Assembly: GCA_032718475.1 (NCBI GenBank)
Contig: JAUCBJ010007928.1
Location: 1-42,445, forward strand
Direction: 5' to 3'
DNA length: 42,445 nt
Source of the DNA: Nemertoderma westbladi
Taxonomy: Eukaryota > Animalia > Xenacoelomorpha
Shown: one piece after another, positions 33,075 through 42,445 of the stretch
How positions within the stretch are numbered: position 1 is the first letter of the stretch
Layout: every line of letters begins with the position of its first letter
Translations under genes and position numbers: made by a program
The notes under the pieces: model-generated
What the model saw: only the letters and a program-made list of their open reading frames with translations
What the model was told of the DNA's origin: nothing
Database searches by the model: none

Positions 33075-36000
33075 CTTTTTTGGTTTTTCGAATTAATTAT
33101 TAGTAATCGAAAGCAAAATTAGAATAAAATCATCATTGTTTATTTTATAATAAACACTAAAAGAGCACCAAAAAATTAAAAGTAGCTCGAAATTTTCAAA
33201 TAGCCGAAAGTGGTAAATTTGGTCTTATAGTTTGGCTACTGAGGTTTTAGAATGTGCTGATTTCATTGGCAAGGTTTATAAAATTGTGGTATTTTCAAAA
33301 ATGGCCAATGTGTCAGTCGAAAATTTTAAGTGCAAGCCAGTGCACTTCTATATCAGTACAGCTGGTACTGGTCCGATAATGTAGTGGATTTTTCAGTAGT
33401 AGTACCACTACCACTACCACTATGTGGTGGTGGTATGTGCATTGTACTGCACTACTGCGTTAGGCATTACATTACTGCTGAGTGATGACTGCATTATGCT
33501 GTTACTGTGTTATGCATTAAATGCCTTATCATTATTACATTACCTGATTACGTCCGTACGTGTTTTTATATGACTATTTATTATCACCTCTACACACGGG
33601 CTGGTAGCCACGGTGCCACGGGGGCCTATTCTTGGTATGGACATAGTAGGCCTAGGCTCTCTGAATCTGTATGCAGGCCGTAGCAGTTATAGTTGGAAAG
33701 TGCTGTGTGTATAGATGCGGCTCGCGCGCTTGGCCTACAGTGGCACTTACTTAGTTCGACTCGTCAGGGGTCTTCTTCAAAACAGATAACACCAGGACCT
33801 TCCGGTTCCACTAACATTTGTAAATTTCGACGGGCGATATATATTCTGTAAACCCGGAATCTGTTCCGACTTAAGTGTGCTAAATACCTCAAATTCCTCG
33901 GAGACCGCCAGTAAAAAGAATATACTGTCCATCCTCTATCGAAATTCATGAAGGAGAGTAAAATTAGTTTATCTGATGTAGAGATGAAGGAGGCTACTGC
34001 TGGACTTGGGGTTGGAGGGGCCGGTTATTCTTTAAGAACCATCATGCTAGGTTTATTATCCTGCCTAAACCGGCGTGACTCCTATCTGAGTCCCCGGAGG
34101 ACATATCGGCCCTTTCAGAGGATATCAAGAAGACATGCGTGGCCAACTTAACAGTGTCCGCTTCTTACTGTCTTGGATTTAATAGACAAAGGTTATTGAT
34201 ACATAATAGATATGCTGAGATAAATTAATATTACGACTTCAATATAATGAGGAACTGATATAAATATTTAGGGGAATTATTATTAACTATCCTGGAATAT
34301 AGTGTCGTTTAATGATTTGAGGAAGTGATACTTTATTTTACTCTACTCTACTATGTGTTTGATGCTCAATTAAGAGATTATAATCGTAATCCTGAGTTAC
34401 CGGAACGTTTAACTCTATCTACTATCTGGACCGGGCTATATTACTACAGTACTTAATTGGCCCGTGGGGGGGGGGGGGGGGGGGGGGGGTTAGATCTTGG
34501 CCCAAAAATTACAATTTTGCTGGTATAAGGGATTTCGGGGACGCTGATCACGATAAAACTTGTTAAAACATTTTCTGGCAATGCATCAATCATTTTTGGT
34601 CCCCAGGACGAAAAGTATAAGTCAAAAATTGTTAGCAAGTCGTTAGACTTGATTACTGTAAGAAAAAAAAGCTACTGGCTACTGGCTACTGGCTACTGGC
34701 TACTGGCTACTGACTACTGACCTAGAGCAAAAACGGCTCTAACGATTTTGATGAAATTTTGCATGGACAATGAAAATGGATTTCTAAGGGTACTTGTGAA
34801 ATCGCGGTTTAAATTGAAACATCTCAACTTGTTTTATTTCGAAAAATAGCCCCAAAACGCTAAAATTGCCATAGGCGCAATGATAAAACACCAGCTGGCA
34901 CTCATGAAAAATGTATAGAGATGGCCTGGTAATGCATTCAATAGGAAGGCCAACTAACAAAGAAGTACTTTCTCTGCCAAGTTTTATTATCACTCTACAA
35001 TACAACCCAGACAGTAAGCAAACATTAATTTGTTTAACTGGCTATTACAGTTTCAGCTGAATAACTCTTCCCAATGCATCCTTGCTATGTTAATTAATTG
35101 GCGTGCAAGCTAAATGACTGTTAGTTAAACAGTGTGTTGGCTACACAGTGTATTGTACTATGCTCTCATCGCATTATTGCTTTATTTTGAAATCTTTGTG
35201 CCAACATTAATACTGTGGAGGCTGCATGCTTATAAGGCTAAATATTTACTCATCCTCAAAATGATTCTCCATAAGGCTAACATTATTATTTGAAATATAA
35301 AAATCTGTTATAATAATAATATAATTGTTATATTTAATTAATATCGTGGTTTACATTGAACAGTGTAAATTGTTAATCGCGGTTTACATTGAAACATCTC
35401 AACTTGTTTTATTTATTACAAAAATAAGAACGAATATGTCTTATCACTTCTTGTGCGCGATTGTATTGAATTCATGACAACTGCTGTTATTGTTATTAAT
35501 CAATTGACACCTCGACTCCTTTGTGAGACTCCGACTACTCTATCCGATAGAATAAAATAATCATTTCGCTAACTGCTCTCTATCTTCTATAATCACAACA
35601 GCTTTTATAATTCATTAGATGATTACAACATAATAATTATAGTTTGGAGTTGTCTAGAAAAATTTTCGTACACCACCGGGACTAGTCTCACACTAATTGA
35701 TTTATCAGACAGAACAAAAAGCTTTTACTTGATTCGTACTGTCTCCTACGACTTGCTTCACGGGCCGCTAGGCCCGTCTCTAGTCAAACTAAACATTTTG
35801 TGTTTGGTTTGATAATTCAGAACGTATACGGGTTTTCGAGGCCACTGATCACGATGAAAGTAGTTATAAATATTTTCATTATGTGCAAACCCAATTTTGG
35901 TGCCATTCTGTTATGGTGCTCCAGAACGAAAAGTACAAGTAGCTAAAGTTTCAAACTGTTAAATATTGCATTTGGTATTGTAATTCTGAAGCTATACTGG

Positions 36001-36694
36001 TTTTCAAAGTCGCTGATAACGATACAACTCGTTAAAAATAATTCGTGGTAACGCAACTATCGTTTTTGGTGTTTGTCTGCTGGGACGAAAAATGAAAAAT
36101 ACAAGTAGCATAAAATTTCAAACGGCAAAAATCTAATTTGGTTGGATAATACAATATTCATGAGTGTCATATTCGTGATCAGCATCCCAGAAAACCCATA
36201 ATGTCATAAAATGTGTGCTAAGACTTGTAATTTTCGTGCCGCACATTGACATTGACACGTATCCAAAGAAGCTTTTTATCAACAAGTTAGGATACTTTTT
36301 CAGGGTCATATTCGTGATCAGCATCCCAAAAAACCTACATGGTCATAAAATCAATTTGTTTTCGTGGTGATTTTTTATTATCATATTTCCACTACTTGTT
36401 TTGTTTTTTTCGTTCTCCAGGGGCACAAATAACTGACTAATAACTAACATAACAACATGCCTATGTTGTTATATTACACAACTCTTCGATATGTTTGATG
36501 TAGAGGAATAAACCTTCCCAATGAAATCAGCACATTCTAAAACCTCAGTAGCAAAATTGTATGGCCAATTTACCACTTTTGAAAAAAGTGCTACTTGCAC
36601 TTTTGGTGCTCTTTTAGTATCTATTGATAAATGATGCTTCTAATCTTGCTTTCGATTACTAATAATGAATTAAACTAAACAAAAAAGCATAGTA
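33075..36694. mobile_element. Old non-autonomous TIR DNA transposon whose left TIR was the target of element A
   Basis: 33075-~33279 is an imperfect inverted repeat of ~36508-36687. Internal motif GGTTTT..GCTGATCACGA occurs at ~34529, 35830 and 35999 and inverted at ~36166 and 36305. Superfamily and exact end uncertain. Confidence 0.65.
34631..35783 (+). mobile_element. Helentron-associated / DINE-1-like non-autonomous element
   Basis: Sub-terminal IR AGCAAGTCGT (34634) / ACGACTTGCT (35748), partial 5' IR CAAGTC-GACTTG, (GCTACTG)n microsatellite 34671-34720, 3' hairpin ACGGGCC-GCTA-GGCCCGT (35760-35777), inserted at a TT site without TSD. Confidence 0.72.
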
Positions 36695-37596
36695 TGGTTT
36701 CATGGTTATACCCAAGTCTTTGAAGGGTGATGTATTCTATGTAATTTTATCAATTCCGAAAGGTGTTTATCAACATCGACATGGTATGGGTTCCAGGAAC
36801 TCCTCATATCTCGAAAACTACTGGACCTATTACATTCTCTCTCTGTCTCATTTGAAGGTGGACATCATTTTAGTTAGGGACAAGTCATTTCGACGCGCTA
36901 GATATATTGTTTCAGGGGTTCTATCCAAGAGAAATAACTGGCCTACTAAATTTAGGGGCTTTGCAGGAGCTTGGCGGATCGTACCTATAGTAGGTCATAT
37001 GCCATAGACGCAATGGTAAAATAACACTAATAATTACAGCTTGTGTTCATGATGAAAAATGGCTTATGTAATGGATTTCTATACAGGCTTAGTATAAATC
37101 GATAAGGTTGCCAAGTAATTAATTTATAGGAAGTGTTCTGAAGATTGACGATTTACATCCCGCTTGCTTGCACGCCACTAGTTAACAGTAATTAGTTTCA
37201 TTAACACAATTTATTATTATGCATTACAGTATCTTCACACATTATCCAATTGGACCAACCTTCCACGACGCGAGGAGTTGCAAGATAACCGTTAATTCGA
37301 TATACCCCAGTCGACATATGAACAATGGCGCGCGGAGGATTGAATTCTACTGAACTAACGGCACACACGGAATAGGATTCCATTGAACTTACAGTAATAT
37401 GTTTAAAACGTAATTTTATTTACAATTGGTTGGTTATATGGTTACCCAAAAAAATTGAGTACTGTATGTGTTACAAACGACTTTATTTTATTCAGAATAG
37501 TACAGTATGTGGTTTTCATTCCTGAATCATTTCAAACACAGAGTAATGGAAAAAACAGCCTTTGTTAGAAGCGATCACAACACAATGTCCTGTGGG

Positions 37597-37800
37597 GCGA
37601 GCGACGAAAGTAAGCGAGCTTAGCATACAGGTACCACTAACTCAATCGGTGTGTCTGTTGTTCTGTCGTGTCCAATTTTAAACGTTAATAACTCAGCCAA
37701 ATATTAATGAAATTTAACCAAACTTGGTACACATATAGTCTGACCAAAGTTTAGAAATTTTCCAAGTTGAATTTTCGCGTGGCCTTCGAGAAGCTAAGAT
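37597..37800 (+). mobile_element. Possible second Helentron/DINE-1-like fragment
   Basis: GCGAGCG..GCGAGC start, degenerate (GTCT)-like tract, then AATTTAACCAAACTTGGTACAC core-like motif. Ends not resolved. Confidence 0.35.
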
Positions 37801-38583
37801 AATAGCAGTTAATTATTTTATTAAGTTGATTAGGGTAACAACATCAATTTCAACCTGCCTCCTTAAATGATATTAATCATTTTCTAGTATAAGATTTAAA
37901 TAATTATACTTAAAAGTTATACAGCTGTAATCCCCATACAACATTCCATTATAGTTTTTAATTAGTTCAAGCGATTTGCTTTAATAAATGTGTCTTTAAT
38001 TGATCTAAACGTAATTAAAGCGGCACAATTATTGAGTACAAATTTAATCCTTCCCATTATTGGTCAACATAGTCTCTGCGGGGGTGTAGAGCTGCTAGCT
38101 GGCACCAGGGCAGAGGGGAATTGTACTGTAATATGCAGCCAGTAGTATTGCTATAGCAACACAGACATAACTCCAACCACACTGCCTGTATTTCAATTCC
38201 TATTGACTCTATACTATAAATGTTGTATTACTTACTATCTCAGGTGACAGAAGATATAATGACATAAATACTCATGACTGTTGTAGGCTTATATCTGAAA
38301 TAGTTTATTCCGCAATATATTTGTCTGGATATTTTTTAATTGAATTTTTGCAAAGTAGTAAAATTAATGTTCTTAAAAATAATATTATTATTTTATATGT
38401 AACCTAGGAAATTAGCTACATATTTTCGCTGCAGCTTTAAGAGTGTACATTGATTTAATATTATTTCAATACCCATATTACTACACATCGGCATACGATG
38501 CGTTGGCGTTGTATCACACATCTCCACATAGATGTATCAGCAGTTACTCGCGCAGTTTCGAAACTTCGCATAGTTATAACTGT

Positions 38584-38866
38584 ATAAAGATCGTCAGTCT
38601 TTGTTTAGGAAAAATATTTTAATGCAAAACAGGACGAGCGACGAGCGCAACGAGGCATATAATGAAGACCAGTACTGCGTAGATTAAATTCCTATAAACC
38701 ATACCTGGCTTCGCCTATTGAAGGCATCGGTAGTTATAAAGATCGTCCGTCAGTCTGCGTTTAGGAAATATGTATAAATACAAAACAGGACGAGCACAAC
38801 GACTTTTATAATAATGAAGACGAGTACTGCACTGCCTACTGCGTTGAAGGCATCGGTAGTTATAAA
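38584..38866 (+). repeat. Degenerate ~150-bp tandem duplication
   Basis: TATAAAGATCGTC...GTTTAGGAAA...CAAAACAGGACGAGC...ATAATGAAGAC.AGTACTGC...TTGAAGGCATCGGTAGTTATAAA occurs twice. Confidence 0.75.
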
Positions 38867-39341
38867 TTACTGGTGGGTGGGAAGGGTGGGGGGGGGGGGG
38901 GGGAGATTAAAAGGGGTGAACACGTACTGTCCCCCTTTCTTTGATTGATTGGTGGTGTGGGTACATTTCTCAAAACCTGATTTTGTGATACAGTCGCTCA
39001 ATTTTAATCTGTATCTGATAACTGAGCCTAGTGCTGCGCGATGGCCCCACGAACGTTTTATTCGTAACCTATACTTTTTAGATGATAAGAGAACCAATCA
39101 CTCCAACGCCTACTACTAATTGTTTTGATGGTGTCAAAAGCCTTTAACCCTTTAACTTTCACTACAAGAAGGCCTTGTCCAAAAAATCTGAAAATTGTAT
39201 GGTTTGATACTTAGTGTCCATGGATCCTAAAACTGAAAAAAAAAAATTTTTATCTTTAGTAGTTTTGTGCCGACAGTAGTAATAGTATGCCACCCTCGGC
39301 GACAGTTGGACCCACTTCACACCTTGGGTGTTAAGTAGATC

Positions 39342-39448
39342 ATTAATTAATTAACCAATTAATTAATTGGTCGATTAAACAATTAATTAATTGTTTAATC
39401 AATCGACTCGTATCAAATAATGTTGCCAAAGGCAATTTAATTTGATAC
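39342..39448. repeat. Cluster of adjacent palindromes/hairpins
   Basis: Perfect palindromes 39354-39371 (18 bp) and 39373-39400 (28 bp); hairpin 39410-39448. Confidence 0.9.
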
Positions 39449-39888
39449 AAATCAATCAGATAGGGACGCGGGATGAATAAATTGTACTATAACAAACGAA
39501 ATATACAATACAATAGACACTGTGCAATACAATATACAGTACATTTGTATTATTTTTGCCATACAGTAGGTAAAGATAGAATTAAATATAAAGATGCAAT
39601 CGAGGCCCAAAACATAAATATACCCTCACTCGAAAATAAAATGGCCCCAGTTTAGCCCCGAGTCATCCCTCAATAATCTGTGGCTGCTCGGGCTCTTATT
39701 AACCGTATAGCATGACTAACCCATTCATCAATGCGTGAATGGGGCCTGCGTGAATGGGGCCTGCCACAGAGCTTAAATTATTCATACCCACAGCTTCGTT
39801 ATTATATCAACTCATCCAAGAAATTATAATAAACATCTGGTATGGCAATAGATTATTCTTCTTTCACAACTCCATTCTAACCTCCCTC

Positions 39889-39924
39889 TATAAAAGCCCC
39901 CAGTCACCGCATTCCCATTCATTC
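39889..39924 (+). promoter_or_regulatory. TATA box + initiator for ORF 40036
   Basis: TATAAAAG at 39889, with TCATTC ~30 nt downstream and an AT-rich leader to the ATG at 40036. Confidence 0.6.
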
Positions 39925-40035
39925 TCTAATTTTTATTTTTAAAAGTTTTATTTATTTTCATAAAAGTTTTATTTATTTAAAATTATGTAAAATCATTTAT
40001 CGAAAACTCATAATATCAATTGACATTGCTATATA

Positions 40036-41085
40036 ATGCCTAGTTATGAAAAATGTTTGGTTTGTAATAAAGAAATGAGACAAGACAATCTATCTCGTCA
40101 CATGGAAAGACATAGAAAGGATAAACTAATGGATCCATTACCAAAGAAATTTAAAAAATCCGAAGATATTTTTAGTGAAGATGAAAAGAAAAAGAGAGTT
40201 GAGCGTGATATATTAAAGATAAAACAGACAACAGAAAATAAATTTCATAAAGTTATGAATATTTTGAAAAGGATACAAAAACAGTTACCCCTAGAAAATG
40301 ATGAAAATTTGAGTGAGGAAAGTGAAGAAGAAGAGGACGATGAGATGGAGAATGAAAATAGTGAGGGTCAAGATGAAGTTGAAGAGAGTGAAGTTGGGAA
40401 CGAAGTGAGTGAAGGTCAGGAAGATGACGAAGAAAGTGAAGGTCAGGAAGAGGGTGAAGATAGCGAAGGTCAGGAAGAGAATGAAGAAAGTGAAGAACAG
40501 GAAGAGGATGAAGAAAGTGAAGAACAGGAAGAGGATGAAGAAAGTGAAGAACAGGAAGAGGATGAAGAAAGTGAAGAACAGGAAGAGGATGAAGAAAGCG
40601 AAGGTCAGAAAGAGGATGAAGAAAGTGAAGGTCATGAAGAGGACGAAGAAAGTGAAGAACAGGAAGACGACGAAGAAAGTGAAGGTCAGGAAAGTGAAGA
40701 AGATGATGAAAATGATAATAATAAGGAAATATTGAGACAATTACTTGGAAATAAGAATAAATTGCGGAAAATTATTAAACATTTAGAAGAGAATGGTGAA
40801 AATAAAGAAGAGATATTGAGACAAATATTAGGAAACAAAAATCAAATGCGGAAATTTATTAAACAAATGGAAGAAAATGAGGAAAATAGAGAAGAGATAT
40901 TAAGACAGGTTCTGGGAAATAAAAGTAAATTACTGAAAATTAATGAACAATTGAATAAAATTAAGAAACTGTTGGTTAATGAGGAAGATGAAATTAAAGA
41001 AAATCAACCAGCTTTTACTTATTTTCGAAGACCTATGACAACAAACTCTCGTACAGTATTTGCCCGCGCAGGAGGACACTATTGA
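40036..41085 (+). CDS. Intronless protein: N-terminal C2H2-type zinc finger, acidic 9-aa repeats, three helical repeats
   Basis: CLVC-x12-H-x3-H, PLPKKFKK, ~10 copies of 27-bp EEDEESEEQ, 3x EILRQxLGNKxxxxK; upstream TATA/Inr. Confidence 0.7.
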   Translation: MPSYEKCLVCNKEMRQDNLSRHMERHRKDKLMDPLPKKFKKSEDIFSEDEKKKRVERDILKIKQTTENKFHKVMNILKRIQKQLPLENDENLSEESEEEEDDEMENENSEGQDEVEESEVGNEVSEGQEDDEESEGQEEGEDSEGQEENEESEEQEEDEESEEQEEDEESEEQEEDEESEEQEEDEESEGQKEDEESEGHEEDEESEEQEDDEESEGQESEEDDENDNNKEILRQLLGNKNKLRKIIKHLEENGENKEEILRQILGNKNQMRKFIKQMEENEENREEILRQVLGNKSKLLKINEQLNKIKKLLVNEEDEIKENQPAFTYFRRPMTTNSRTVFARAGGHY

Positions 41086-41113
41086 CATTTGTTTGTTTGA
41101 GTTCTTTTCATAA

Positions 41114-41270
41114 TAGTATTAAAACTATTTATCCATAACAATTATATTAGTATTAGGACTATTTATCCATAACATTTATATTAGTATTAGGATTACTTAT
41201 CCCTAATTATTATATTAGTATTATAAATGTATTTGCCAACAATATTTATTACTATTAGGTCTATTTATTC
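41114..41270 (+). repeat. 34-bp tandem repeat (~4.5 copies)
   Basis: TAGTATTAGGACTATTTATCCATAACAWTTATAT-like units start at 41114, 41148, 41182, 41216 and 41250. Confidence 0.85.
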
Positions 41271-41491
41271 AAGAAATTATATGTTTTTATAATATATTTT
41301 GGAAAATTAGTCGACTAAGTCATAATTTTTAAAACTTTAAATAAGGGTGGAGTTATTTTATAAAGTTAAGAAGAGTGAATCAATGGAGGCAACATGAAGT
41401 CTAATCTCTTGACATTTACTCGTAAGACCGCACATTAACTCCCAAGGTTGCATACTATCACTATAGCTGGGAGAGTCAAAGCTAGTATACA

Positions 41492-42445
41492 GAAGTGAGG
41501 GAGTGAGTGAGGGAAGTGAGGGAAGTGAGGGAAGTGAGGGAAGTGAGGGAGTGAGTGAGGGAAGTGAGGGAAGTGAGGGAGTGAGTGAGGGAAGTGAGGG
41601 AAGTGAGGGAAGTGAGGGAAGTGAGGGAAGTGAGGGAAGTGAGGGAGTGAGTGAGGGAGTGAGTGAGGGAAGTGAGGGAAGTGAGGGAAGTGAGGGAAGT
41701 GAGGGAAGTGAGGGAAGTGAGGGAGTGAGTGAGGGAGTGAGTGAGGGAGTGAGGGAAGTGAGGGAAGTGAGGGAAGTGAGGGAAGTGAGGGAGTGAGTGA
41801 GGGAAGTGAGGGAAGTGAGGGAAGTGAGGGAAGTGAGGGAAGTGAGGGAAGTGAGGGAAGTGAGGGAAGTGAGGGAGTGAGTGAGGGAGTGAGTGAGGGA
41901 AGTGAGGGAAGTGAGGGAAGTGAGGGAAGTGAGGGAAGTGAGGGAAGTGAGGGAAGTGAGGGAAGTGAGGGAGTGAGTGAGGGAGTGAGTGAGGGAGTGA
42001 GGGAAGTGAGGGAAGTGAGGGAGTGAGGGAAGTGAGGGAAGTGAGGGAAGTGAGGGAAGTGAGGGAGTGAGTGAGGGAAGTGAGGGAAGTGAGGGAAGTG
42101 AGGGAAGTGAGGGAAGTGAGGGAAGTGAGGGAAGTGAGGGAAGTGAGGGAAGTGAGGGAAGTGAGGGAGTGAGTGAGGGAAGTGAGGGAAGTGAGGGAAG
42201 TGAGGGAAGTGAGGGAAGTGAGGGAAGTGAGGGAAGTGAGGGAAGTGAGGGAAGTGAGGGAGTGAGTGAGGGAGTGAGTGAGGGAAGTGAGGGAAGTGAG
42301 GGAAGTGAGGGAAGTGAGGGAAGTGAGGGAAGTGAGGGAGTGAGTGAGGGAGTGAGTGAGGGAAGTGAGGGAAGTGAGGGAAGTGAGGGAAGTGAGGGAA
42401 GTGAGGGAAGTGAGGGAAGTGAGGGAAGTGAGGGAGTGAGTGAGG
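41492..42445 (+). repeat. G-rich satellite of GAGGGAAGT with 12-nt and 8-nt variants, running off the window
   Basis: Uninterrupted array of GAGGGAAGT / GAGGGAGTGAGT / GAGGGAGT units. Confidence 0.97.

Noticed and set aside
33764-34151. Two short ORFs in the old DNA transposon
   Set aside because: No transposase or other recognisable motif.
36702-37007. Penelope-like RT fragment (YQHRHGMGS resembles YxQxxGxxMGS)
   Set aside because: No properly spaced YxDD motif; similarity too short to support without a search.
39144-39334. piggyBac-like element (TTAACCCTTT ... GGGTGTTAA)
   Set aside because: The ends are not convincing inverted repeats.
40291-42026. Phe-rich, Lys/Arg-rich, SEG and VRE repeat ORFs
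   Set aside because: Alternative-frame translations of stop-free tandem repeats.

Overview
Eukaryotic (probably invertebrate animal) repeat-rich DNA with no clear host gene, dominated by a nest of transposons. An old BEL/Pao LTR retrotransposon (element A; starts upstream of the window, 3' LTR 31980-33074) has a decayed gag-pol. It is interrupted by (i) an antisense RTE-like LINE fragment (603-2419), (ii) a young full-length relative, element B (5492-21332; 1161-bp LTRs differing at 2 sites seen, TSD CGTTA), and (iii) a foldback/MULE-like element (26693-29994, 9-bp TSD) that itself holds an RTE-like LINE (27110-29563). Element A sits in the left TIR of an older DNA transposon (33075-~36694), which contains a Helentron/DINE-1-like element. 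The window ends with a palindrome cluster, an intronless zinc-finger/acidic ORF and a (GAGGGAAGT)n array. The BEL family has several unusual features: no tRNA primer-binding site but an 11-nt perfect complement to its own LTR (possible Tf1-like self-priming); an extra 3' ORF encoding a DEDDy-like 3'-5' exonuclease, CCHC knuckles and a basic tail, still open in the otherwise dead copy; a ladder of in-frame consensus splice donors in gag paired with an acceptor+stop just before the 3' LTR; and a conserved, covarying structured RNA region between pol and the extra ORF. All calls were made by eye, without database searches.
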